Source: the human T2T-CHM13v2.0 reference genome, Homo sapiens. From it: a stretch of 64,000 nt of DNA. The DNA is taken from the NCBI RefSeq assembly GCF_009914755.1, contig NC_060933.1; one strand, given 5' to 3'. Position 1 is the stretch's first letter, and each line of letters begins with the position of its first letter. A program made the position numbers and the translations under genes. The notes beneath the pieces are model-generated. The model searched no databases. It had not been told where the DNA came from and was given only the letters and a program-made list of their open reading frames with translations. Positions 1-63,553 of the stretch are shown piece by piece.

Positions 1-520
<520 letters not shown>

Positions 521-526
521 CTGGAT

Positions 527-742
527 CGGGGTTTCTCAGTCTTGGCCTTGTTCCCGTGTGGCTGGCCGTCCTGTGCACGGGAGGATTTTAGCAGTATCCC
601 CATAGCCTTTACCCACTAGATGCCAGAATTCCACCCCCCACCTGGTAGTTGTGGCAACCAAAAATATCTCCAGATACTTCCAAATGCCTCCCCTACTCCC
701 ACCCCCAACAGGGACAAAACCGTCTCTGGTTGGGAACTACTG
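527..742. mobile_element. MER20 DNA transposon
   Basis: tacccactagatgccag...gcaaccaaaaatatctccaga...ggttgggaactactg matches recalled MER20. Confidence 0.8.
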
Positions 743-839
743 CTGTGAGATCTTAGGTGACAACTAAGTTTCATCTTGTTGGGGCTGATTTAGAAGCCAC
801 ATCCAGTTTCACAGAACGGTGCATCAGGATTGATTAGCA

Positions 840-1150
<311 letters not shown>

Positions 1151-1363
1151 TTAGCAATGTCTGCCATGAGTGCAGGAGGGAGAGTAACAGTGCAGTGTGC
1201 TGGGATTGATGAATGATGTCTACTACAGATGCAGAAGAAGAAGCACCAGGTACAGCGGGGGTGGCCCCGTATAGGTCTCAGCTAGCTGAGGCCCCTGGGG
1301 CTCTGTATGCCAGATGGCCCCTGTCCTTGCCTACTTCTTCCTTCTGGGCTCCTCTTCCCGTAG

Positions 1364-43998
<42,635 letters not shown>

Positions 43999-44251
43999 AC
44001 CCGTGTACAATGAGGAGCTGGGGCCTCCTCAATTTGCAGATCCCCCAAGTACAGGCGCTAATTGTTGTGATAATTTGTAATTGTGACTTGTTCTCCCCGG
44101 CTGGCAGCGTAGTGGGGCTGCCAGGCCCCAGCTTTGTTCCCTGGTCCCCCTGAAGCCTGCAAACGTTGTCATCGAAGGGAAGGGTGGGGGGCAGCTGCGG
44201 TGGGGAGCTATAAAAATGACAATTAAAAGAGACACTAGTCTTTTATTTCTA
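43999..44251 (+). other. ASS1: ASS1 3' UTR (proximal poly(A) isoform; end approximate)
   Basis: Runs from the stop codon to about 24 nt after ATTAAA (44222-44227), just before the GT-rich downstream element. Confidence 0.85.
44222..44227 (+). terminator. Proximal polyadenylation signal ATTAAA
   Basis: ATTAAA followed about 24 nt later by a TA dinucleotide, then (GT)16. Confidence 0.85.

Positions 44252-44255
<4 letters not shown>

Positions 44256-44287
<32 letters not shown>
44256..44287 (+). repeat. (GT)16 microsatellite in the poly(A) downstream-element position
   Basis: 32 nt of perfect GT repeat, counted directly. Confidence 0.97.
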
Positions 44288-44289
<2 letters not shown>

Positions 44290-44759
44290 TTAATTATGGT
44301 TTTCTTAGGCCAACCTTTGTGTTTTCGGACCTAAGTGCTGCCGAAGGCCGCCATTTGCCAGACAGCCTGTTAATCCGGCAGTCGACCCCTCTCCAGCAAA
44401 AACTAGGAATCCAGAAGTGCCGCCTGGGTCCGATCCTAGCCAGCATCCTGGGAATCTGTCACCAACTGTGGTCCTGTGGCAAATGTCAGGAAACCAAATA
44501 AAATTCAGGGAATGCCCTTTGGGGGCATCAACGCACAGCCCTTTCTCTGGACATCACTTTTACTCACAGCCCACAGGGAGCTTCTATAGAGGGTGGCCAT
44601 GAGTGACCCTAGGACACTTACCACAGCTGCATGGCCTAAAGCAGCCTAAATCATGAAGGAGGAGGGAGAGGCCTGAGCAGAGAGGAGAAAAGAGCAAGCC
44701 CGGAACTTGGCAGCATTTCTCATTGTCCACAAACCAGGCCCTAAAGCAGCCATGTTTGT

Positions 44760-45125
44760 AGTGTGGCCCTGGCCCCCCTTGGTCATATCTGATTGGACCG
44801 TGGATGGACACCTGACTCGAGCTGGCCAATCAGAACCCGCAGGAATTGGGCCTCGGCACGTGGCCGAAGTGAGGACATGTAACACAGGCACTCACCGCTG
44901 GGATGCTGTGGACCTGGGGCACAGAGCAGGTGTAGAAGGAAAGGAGAGGGAAGAGATGGGAAGAGAGGGTCATGGTATTGGCGTCCATATTTCTGTACTG
45001 GTGCTTCATGAAAGCTGGTGGCATCTCTTGGCCTGGTTTCCCTGACACCTGATATCATAACGAATTCAGGACTCCAGCTCAGTGAGAGAGTTTCTGCTCC
45101 TTGCAACCAAAAGCATCTTCACTGG
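44760..45125. mobile_element. Old ERVL/MaLR LTR fragment (LTR16/LTR33-like)
   Basis: gattgg...ggatggacacctgac...ctggccaatcaga and ttgcaaccaaaagcatc motifs; family uncertain. Confidence 0.45.
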
Positions 45126-45289
45126 GAAGACTTGAGTGCCGCTTGCTCTGTGCTTTGCCCTGGTTCTGAACTCAGAACCTGACCTCAGGGATCGCTTCGC
45201 CACTCCGCTGCCTGTGTCCATGAGGGTTTCTCGCAAAAGAAGTTTTACCTTTAAAACTTATTTTCCTCTGATTATTAATGTCCGTGGTA

Positions 45290-45510
45290 ATAATAAATGA
45301 CTCAATATTAGCTTTGTGCCAAACACTTCGCTACACACTTTATTCACATTATCTCATTGAATCTTCAAAACCACACTTGGAGGTGGACACTTTCATCTCC
45401 ATAATGTAGAGGTAGCAACGAAGCTGCAGATAAACTGACTTGCCAAAAGCCACTGAGCTAGCAAGTGACAGAACCAAGAACCAAATCCCGGCCTGGCTGA
45501 GTCCCCAAAT
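45290..45510 (-). mobile_element. MIR
   Basis: attatctcattgaatcttca...tgacttgccaaaagccactgagctagcaagtgacagaacc. Confidence 0.7.
45292..45297 (+). terminator. Candidate distal polyadenylation signal AATAAA
   Basis: Canonical hexamer about 1.07 kb past the proximal signal, at the edge of a MIR; another AATAAA lies at 44497-44502. Confidence 0.55.
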
Positions 45511-45524
45511 CTTGTGCGTTTGTC

Positions 45525-45821
45525 TTGTTGTTGTTGTTAAGATGGAGTCTCGCTCTGTCACTCGGGCTGGAATGCAGTAGCGCAATCTCGGCTCACTGCA
45601 ACTTCCGCCTCCCAGGTTCAAGCGATTCTCCTGCCTCAGCCTTCTGAGTAGCTGGGATTACAGACGCCCACCACCACGCCTGGTTAATTTTTGTATTTTT
45701 GGTAGAGACGGAGTTTCATCATGTTGGTCAGGCTGGTCTCGAACTCCTGATGTCAGGTGATTCACCCACCTCCGGCCTCCCAGAGTGCTGGGATTACAGG
45801 CGTGAGCCACTGCACCTGGCC
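45525..45821 (-). mobile_element. AluS
   Basis: Full antisense dimer. Confidence 0.93.
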
Positions 45822-46218
45822 ATTATGTCTTTAACCATAGTGATAAGCTGCATCTTTAAGAAAAGAAATAACTAGCCAGGCACGGAGGCTCTCCCCTTTA
45901 ATCCCAAAACTTTGGGAGGCCGAGGCGGGTGGATCACAAGGCTACGAGTTCAAGACCAGCCAGTTTGAGACCAGCCTGGCCTCGGCCTCCCAGAGTGCTG
46001 GGATTACAGGCAGGAGCCACGACGCCCAGCCACATTTGGTATATTATCAGTCATATGTCTTTTTCTTTTCTTTTTTTGTTTTTTGGCTAAACATCCTATA
46101 ATGCACATATATTTTTTCCTATGCTTACAATATTTTTGCAGTTATTTAGGCTAAAGTATAAATGCTTTATATTTTATAGTTATAAATGTATACTTTATAC
46201 TTTAAAGTATAAACTTTA

Positions 46219-46584
<366 letters not shown>

Positions 46585-46625
46585 TCATAAATGCTTTCCT
46601 ATAACATTTAAAAACTCAATCCTTA

Positions 46626-48741
<2,116 letters not shown>

Positions 48742-48837
48742 CTACTTCTGGACTCTCAATTCTGCTTCATTAATGTATGTGTCTAGCCTTACGCCAAAAA
48801 CTCTCTGACTTGCTTATTATAGCCTATAGTAAATCTT

Positions 48838-50360
48838 TTTTTTTTTTCTGATTTATTTATTTATTTATTTATTTATTGATCATTCTTGGGTGTTTCTCGC
48901 AGAGGGGGATTTGGCAGGGTCACAGGACAATAGTGGAGGGAAGGTCAGCAGATAAACAAGTGAACAAAGGTCTCTGGTTTTCCTAGGCAGAGGACCCTGC
49001 GGCCTTCCGCAGTGTTTGTGTCCCTGGGTACTTGAGATTAGGGAGTGGTGATGACTCTTAACGAGCATGCTGCCTTCAAGCGTCTGTTTAACAAAGCACA
49101 TCTTGCACCGCCCATAATCCATTTAACCCTAAGTGGACACAGCACATGTTTCAGAGAGCACAGGGTTGGGGGTAAGGTCACCGATCAACAGGATCCCAAG
49201 GCAGAAGAATTTTTCTTAGTACAGAACAAAATGAAAAGTCTCCCATGTCTACCTCTTTCTACACAGACACGGCAACCATCCGATTTCTCAATCTTTTCCC
49301 CACGTTTCCCCCCTTTCTATTCCACAAAATTGCCATTGTCATCATGGCCCGTTCTCAATGAGCTGTTGGGTACACCTCCCAGACGGGGTGGTGGCCGGGC
49401 AGAGGGGCTCCTCACTTCCCAGTAGGGGCGGCCGGGCAGAGGCGCCCCTCACCTCCCGGATGGGGTGGTTGGCCGGGCGGGGGGCTGACCCCCCCTCCCT
49501 CCGGGACGGGGCGGCTGGCCGGGCGGGGGGCTGACCCCCCCCCCACCTCCCTCCCGGATGGGGTGGCTGCCGGGCGGAGACGCTCCTCACTTCCCAGACG
49601 GGGTGGCTGCCGGGCAGAGGGGCTCCTCACTTCTCAGACGGGGCGGTTGCCAGGCAGAGGGTCTCCTCACTTAGACGGGGCGGCCGGGCAGAGACGCTCC
49701 TCACTTCCTAGATGGGAAGGCGGCCGGGAAGAGGCGCTCCTCACTTCCTAGATGGGGTGGCGGCTGGGCAGAGACGCTCCTCACTTTCCAGACTGGGCAG
49801 CCAGGCAGAGGGGCTCCTCACATCCCAGACGATGGGCGGCCAGGCAGAGATGCTCCTCACTTCCCAGACGGGGTGGCGGCCGGGCAGAGGCTGCAATCTC
49901 GGCACTTTGGGAGGCCAAGGCAGGCTGCTGGGAGGTGGATGTTGTAGCGAGCCGAGATCACGCCACTGCACTCCAGCCTGGGCACCATTGAGCACTGAGT
50001 GAAGGAGACTCCGTCTGCAATCCCAGCACCTCGGGAGGCCGAGGCTGGCGGATCACTCACGGTTAGGAGCTGGAGACCAGCCCGGCCAACACAGCGAAAC
50101 CCCGTCTCCGCCAAAAAAATACGAAAACCAGTCAGGCGTGGCGGCGCGCGCCTGCAATTGCAGGCACTTGGCAGGCTGAGGCAGGAGAATCAGGCAGGGA
50201 GGTTGCAGTGAGCCGAGATGGCAGCAGTACAGTCCAGCTTCGGCTCAGCATCAGAGGGAGACCGTGGAAAGAGGGGAGAGGGAGAGGGACAGGGAGAGGG
50301 ACAGGGAGAGGGAGAGGGACAGGGAGAGGGAGAGGGAGAGGGAGAGGGAAAAAAAAAAGC
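48838..50360 (-). mobile_element. Full-length SVA retrotransposon, about 1.52 kb (SVA_D-like; subfamily tentative)
   Basis: On the - strand: (CCCTCT)n hexamer 50271-50348, Alu-like domain about 49890-50270, GC-rich VNTR about 49376-49890, SINE-R about 48879-49375, AATAAA and A-tail. Perfect 16-bp TSD gcctatagtaaatctt at 48822-48837 and 50361-50376; L1 endonuclease-type target GTTT/AA. Confidence 0.97.
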
Positions 50361-50393
50361 GCCTATAGTAAATCTTAAACCTCATTCTTTTAA

Positions 50394-51083
<690 letters not shown>

Positions 51084-51189
51084 CCATATAAATTTTTTAA
51101 ACAAATTATTCACTTCTTCAAAAAGTCTGCTAAGATTTCATTGGAATTGCATTAAAACAACAGATTCATTTGAAGAGCATTGTCATCTG

Positions 51190-51770
<581 letters not shown>

Positions 51771-51779
51771 GTGGTTAAT

Positions 51780-53653
<1,874 letters not shown>

Positions 53654-54058
53654 TTACTCTATACATGAGGAGATTGGCATCCACCAAAGACTCAAATGGA
53701 CACTTCACAGATTGCTGGAGGCCTTTCTCCTGTAGTGCCCTCCGTGCTGGTTGTGAGTCCCACAGATTTCAGCTGTGTTGGCTTCCCCAAACCCCATCTG
53801 TCTTCTCAGCTTGGCATGATCACCGGACTCTGTCTCCTCCCTATTTTGCAGTTTTGGAATTACCTCCAAGCAGAAAGCTAGGTGATGATAGGGCTTGCCC
53901 TGTTAGTTTCCCTTTTCTCAGGAATCACAGCCCTGTACTACCTGTTGTTGAATGTCTGAAAATAGTTGTTCCTTGTGTTTTGTACAATTATCTGTTGTTT
54001 ACAGTGGGAGTATAATTCTGGACTGCCTCAGTCCTTTGTGGACAGAAATGAAAGTGGA

Positions 54059-54529
54059 TTTTTTTTTTTTTCTGAGACAGAGTCTTGCTCTGTTACTCAG
54101 GCTAGAGTGCACTGTGATCGCAGCTCACTGAAACCTCAAAATCCAGGGCTCAAGTCATCCCCCCACCTCAGCCTCCTAAGTAGCTGGGACTGCAGGCATG
54201 CACCATTACACCCAGCTACGTTTTGTATTTTTCATAGAGACATGAAAAACGGCTCACTGCAACCTCCATCTCCCAGGTTCAAGCAATTCTTGTGCCTCAG
54301 CCACCTGAGTAGCTGGGATTACAAGCACACACCACCATGCCCGGCTAATTTTTGTATTTTTAGCAGAGACAGGTTTTGCCATATTGCCCAGATGGCCTCA
54401 AACTCCTGGCCTCAAGTGATCCACCTGCCATGTTGCCCAGGCTGGTCTTAAACTCCTGTGCTCAAGCGATCCCCACATCTTGGCCTCTCAAAGTGCTGGG
54501 ATTACAGGCGTGAGCCACTGCACCTGGCC
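54059..54529 (-). mobile_element. AluJ containing an internal AluS-type segment (54251-54429)
   Basis: The host Alu is interrupted after its linker and resumes at ccatgttgcccagg. Confidence 0.85.
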
Positions 54530-54699
54530 TAATGTTTTTCAATATAACAATAATATAATCTAAATGCCTATAGGCCAGCCTGGCCTGAGATCACACTTAA
54601 TATCTTGCTAACATGAATCATGTAGTTTCTCATCCTAACTGACATTCCACCCCTCACTGGCTCCCATCTCACTCAACATAAAACCCAAAGTGCTTACTA

Positions 54700-55051
54700 C
54701 AGCCAGCACCAACTACCAGCCGTGAAAGTGAGACTACACGGGAACTGCCCTCCGCAGACAAGCCTGACAGCAGCTGCCTGAATCATCCCACATGAGACTA
54801 GCAAAAGAACTGCCTAGGCAGCTCACCTATAGGCTCGTGAGAAAGAATAAATAAGTTTTATTTTGATTATTATTATTTTGTTTTTATTTCAATAGTTTTT
54901 GGGGTACAGGATTATTGCTTACATGGATAAGTTCTTTAGCGGTGATTTATGAGATTTGAGTGTACCATTACCTGAACAGTGTACATTGCATCCAATGTAG
55001 ACACTAAGTTTTCTGGTTGTTTATGATGCAGCAACACAGATAATTGATGCA
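54700..55051. mobile_element. MLT1-like LTR fragment with an inserted short antisense L1 (L1PB-like) 3' end at about 54856-55000
   Basis: gtgagaaagaataaataa and ggttgtttatgatgcagcaa are MLT 3' motifs; tttatttcaatagtttttggggtacagg...catggataagttctttag is an L1 3' end. Confidence 0.65.
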
Positions 55052-56326
55052 TTTATTATGGCCTACCAGCACTTTCATGATCTGGCCCCCACCTACTGTC
55101 CGTCCTCTCCTCCCTCCTGCTCCCTCTCACCTCTGCCCACTGTCTTCAAACAATCCAAGCTCCGCCTGGAACATCTTCCACCAAATAGCCACAAGACTCA
55201 CTCATTACAGCCCAAATATGGCACTGACTATACCTTTATCCTGCCTCCCTCTTCTCCGCAGCACATACCACCACCAAACATATGCACTGGTTTGCTTTGT
55301 GTATCTAGTAATTTTTTTATTGAATGCTGGACATTGTTGAGTATCTCTCCCACTAGATAGGAAGCTCCATGTGGGCAGAGACCATGTCTGCCTTATTTGC
55401 AGCTGTGTACCAGATGCTAAAACCACGCCTGGTCCATAACAGGTATTCAATTAATATTTGTTGAATGAGTTGAATATTCATCCTCGAGTGGGCTCAGAAC
55501 CCCACTTGAGGAGCGTCAGGAATACATACTTCCTCCCCTGCTCCAGGAGCCCATAAAATGGTGCCTAGGTATTCAGAAGCTATTCCAATCCAGTCCTCAT
55601 GCCACAGCCCAGGGCCTGCCCTCATTCACCTCTTTGTCCCTCCTGTCACTCCTCTCCAGTCACTGCCTACACTCTTGACATGCTGTTGCCCCTGCTGTCA
55701 ACACAAATGACCCCAGCTCCACTGAGAAGTGGGTAGGAAACCACCACCTCAGGGAAGCTATGGTAGGTTTGCTTGGACACAGAGATGTTAGAACTCTTAG
55801 CTCTTCATGTATGCAGCCCCTCTCCACCTGGGCATGCCAGTGTAGCCAAATGATCTTGATTGGTGATAGTTTCAACAAACAGCCTCCAGCTGTCACCAGA
55901 ACCACTTGTCCTCCAGCTCTCATATCCTATTGCGGGGATTAGCTTATTAGGACTGACTCTGCCTTCTCTCAGAGTAAATTCTGTCTTTGGTAGACCCTCG
56001 ATCCTCCTACCCCCTGGCTATAAGGCTTCCACGGAGTTGCCCCCAGACTGCCACTGAAGACTGGGTATGTCTGAACCCAGGTCACTCCCAACATTGAAAA
56101 TCTTTTCTAGGAATGTCCTTAGTCCTCAAGTCAATCTAGAAACACAGATCAATACTAGGGTGTAAATAGGATTGTTGCTATCTCACAACCATAGTTTAGT
56201 GGTTGTTTATGATGCAACAACTTACCCATGTAAGCAATAATCCTGCACCCCAAAAACTATGGAAATAAAAATAAAATTATAATTAAAATAAAACCTTATT
56301 TAGTCTTTCTCAGAGTGTCCAAATAG

Positions 56327-60090
<3,764 letters not shown>

Positions 60091-60521
60091 TTACAACCAT
60101 CACAGAGAGGAGAGGAGGTGGAATGAGCAACCCATTTTTCAGGTGAGGCAGCACAGACCTGGGTTCGAATCATGGCTCTGTCACTTCCTAACCCATGACT
60201 CAGAGTGACTTCCTTAGCGTCTGACCGGCCTCCATGTCCTCGGCTATAAAACCAGGATAACATTAGTGCTCACCTTACTTGTGAATGTCAAGGGGAATAC
60301 ATGCCGTGTGTGGTTTTGTGCTAGAACCAGTATTCAGTCAGGTCTCAGTAAATACCCAGGGTTGGGGAGGGGAGGTGAGGAGGGAGCAGTTCCCGATAGC
60401 CAGAGTCCAGGTGAATTCAGATGCTGTTGGTACCCACCCTCTCCCCTCTGCCCCGAAGTTCACCAGCGGCTATAGTAGAAAGTTTCCAGCATGCTGACAG
60501 CGTCCTCCCTCTAGCCCCTCT

Positions 60522-61060
60522 TGTACTCATCATGTTTGTTATTTCCTGTATTTTATGATGCTTTCACATCCTAGGGCCTTGCTAATCCTGGAGAGACTGC
60601 TCCTCCCGGGGCTGGCTAATTCCTAGAGCTAGCAAACAACGTGCCTGCAAACCTGCCTTTCATGTACAAACAAATCCAGAGCCTATGTACCCAAGCATCT
60701 CCTTCCTCTAAACTCTCACACCCCAAGCCAGTTGTTCCCCTGCCCGAAATCAATCCAGGGCCATTTCCCAGACAACTAGAGGCCACCCCTACAGCCCAGA
60801 GCCTGCCAGAATTCTCAAACTAGCCATCCCAAACTCGCTGAAACGCACCTAGCCTCCCTTGCCCATTCCTTCCCGCAGGAACCACAGTGAAGGCTTTGAA
60901 CTAGGCTCTGCCCTCACTCCTGCCACCACCTGACCCACCCTGGTGCCTCCCCATGGGGTGTGGGGTCCCTCCTCTAGAAACTGTGAGTAATCAATTCCTT
61001 CTGGGCAGTTGTCTCCGTGTCTGCCATCTTGCCATACCCGAAGAAAAGAAAGTCCTGGGC
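60522..61060. mobile_element. ERVL-class solo LTR (MER54/MER74-like)
   Basis: gatgctttcacatcctagggccttgctaatcctggagagactgctcctcccggggctggctaattcctagag matches the recalled MER54/74 start. Confidence 0.65.
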
Positions 61061-61562
61061 ACACTTGAGAACACCTACAGCTCACTTCTTTTCTGCCTGA
61101 CACCTTTCCCCAGCACCCAAGAAATTTGCTCTGAGACACATGCAGCCCAGAAGTGCAAGGGAATTGTCTCCACCAAGGGAGGTGGGTGCAGAGGTCTGGA
61201 TGCCCCATTTCCTGCCAAGGGCTTTCTTTGACAACAAGAAGTAGAGGTGGGCAGTGGTGGGAGCTGGGGTAAATGCCCAGCTCTCTGTCCTTCCAGCATG
61301 TTCCACACAATGCCAGGGAGGGCCCAGGCCGAGTGCTGTGCTTGAGATGGCAAAACCCCAACTCTACGGAAAACACACACACAAACTTGGATCAGGCCCC
61401 ATCTGCTCATGGAGAACTCCCTATCCAACTCCAGCAGCTATCAACACTCCCAGAAAATCCAGTTTCCTACCCAAGTGGAAGAGTGAGGAGGTACTAACTC
61501 TGGAAGCTGAAAAAATGGCTTACATTTGTCCCCATTTATTCTCCTTAAGAAATATATTTATA

Positions 61563-61664
61563 GGCCGGGTGAGGTAGCTCACCCGTAATCCCAGCACTTT
61601 GGGAGGCCTAGGTGGGAGGATTGATTGAGACTGGCCTGGAAGACATGGCGAAACCCCATCTCTA

Positions 61665-61703
<39 letters not shown>

Positions 61704-61870
61704 CCTGGTGTGGTGATGCATGCCTGTGGGCTCAGCTACTCAGGAGGCTGAGGTAGGAGGATGGCTTGAGCCTAGGAGGTCGAAGCTGCCGTGAACCCAG
61801 ATTGTGCCACTGCACCTCAGCCTGGGTGAAAGAGTGAGACCTTGTCTCAAAAAAAAAAAAAAAAAAAGAA
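61563..61870 (+). mobile_element. AluJ with (AC)15 replacing the central A-rich linker (61671-61700)
   Basis: Read directly. Confidence 0.9.
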
Positions 61871-63387
61871 ATGCATTTATAATAACATTTTACTTTTTGT
61901 GTGTAATAGTCCTTTATCTAAATTTGTCTGATTAGAGGGAGCCACAGACGACCTAGGAGCTGCCAGCAGGCAGGGGTGCCTGGGAAGGAGGCCTAAAGCA
62001 CAGGAGGACAAAGGGGGTGTTAAGATCCTGTCGCCTCCTGGCCCCAAAGCTTCCACTGTCCTCTCGAGTGCCAAGTGCTGGCATCAGGCCATCCCCAGTC
62101 CGAGACAGCCTCCTCTCTACTCCCCACAACCCAGCCAGGCATGTCCTCTTGAAGCTCAATGCAGACCCAGCCAGACGCAGCTTCCTTTCCATCTTCACAC
62201 TTTTGCTGCCACTTCCTGAAACACCTCCTCCCCATCTCCGATCTGGAAATCAAAGAGCCTGGGGAATACAGGCTCAGAGCCCAGGCCTCAGCCTGCTCCG
62301 AACCTCAGGATGCCAGCCCAAACCAGCCCACCTGGTGGGGCCGCTGTCAGCGCCACCTGGATCCAGAAGCTCCTGGCTGCATGGAGGAGGCCAGAGGGCC
62401 TTGGCTGCCTGGAGCCAGGAGCCACGGGCCGTAAGCCGGGTGCTGAGCTGATCTGCACGCCTCTCAGGCTGGGGAAAGGGCTCGTCTGGGGTCAGTGCAA
62501 TCGATATCTCATCTGCAGCTCTCCTAGCGGAAGTGATGGCTATTGGAACATGGTAATGGGTGTTGTCTAGTGGAAGAGACTAATCTTCCCGGCTGTGGAG
62601 GGCTCTGCAGGTGGCCCACGCGCCAGCAGGCTCCGCTCAGCCGCTCACTGCTGTCACTGCCACCGCTGATGGGGCTATCGAGGCAGTTGTTTTTCTTTTT
62701 TTTTTAAGCCCACATCCGGTGACCTATCAAATTGAGGCAAGTTTAAAGCCAGAGCAGCCTGGTGTCACGCTGGTGTCCATCCCAGTCTTCCTGGCACCTT
62801 CCTGGCACAAAGCCTCAGAGCTGATCCCGACCCAGTCCTTCCGAGCACAGGTGGGGACACCAAGGCCAGTGACGCCCAAGCCCATGGACTCAACTGGAAG
62901 AGGGCCAGGATGAAACGCTAGTCTCCAGACTCCCCAGCCAGCATCACACAGAACACTGACTATGACTAACCCACGGCCAGGGGCCTAACTTGGCCCTTAG
63001 GTATGCCAGGGTTTCTATTGGTCGGCTCAATGCTTCTTGAAAAAACCAGAATTCAAATGCCATCGATACACTGGCTACAGTCCTCACCACTCCCTAATGT
63101 CTCACACTCAGCCAGCTTTACTCATTTTGTCATCTATCTGATCTTGGATCAGTAAAACTGAGGTCTCCACAGAAGGGGGTGAGGAGAAAGGGAACCAGCC
63201 TCCTCCCCTGGAGAGTGGGACTCCAGATCTGGTCTCCTTGTCCCAGAGGCCACGGATCCTGGCAGACTGTGTGCCCTGCTGCCCACTGCTGTGAATGATG
63301 CTCATTACAAATTTCAGTAAATATTAACTGAGCAGCTGCTGTATGCCAGGCCCCAGGGACTCATCAGCCCAGCTAGCACAAAGTCCT

Positions 63388-63553
63388 TTATTTTTTATTT
63401 CATTTTGAGACAGGTTGTCAATCTGTCACTCAGGCTGGAGCACGTGGCACAATCATAGATCACTGCAGCTTCGAACTCCCAGACTCAAATGATCCTCCTG
63501 CCTCAGCCTCCCAAGTAGCCGGGACTACAGGTGTACACCACCATGCCCAGCTA
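63388..63553 (-). mobile_element. Alu right-arm fragment
   Basis: Antisense Alu monomer. Confidence 0.85.
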
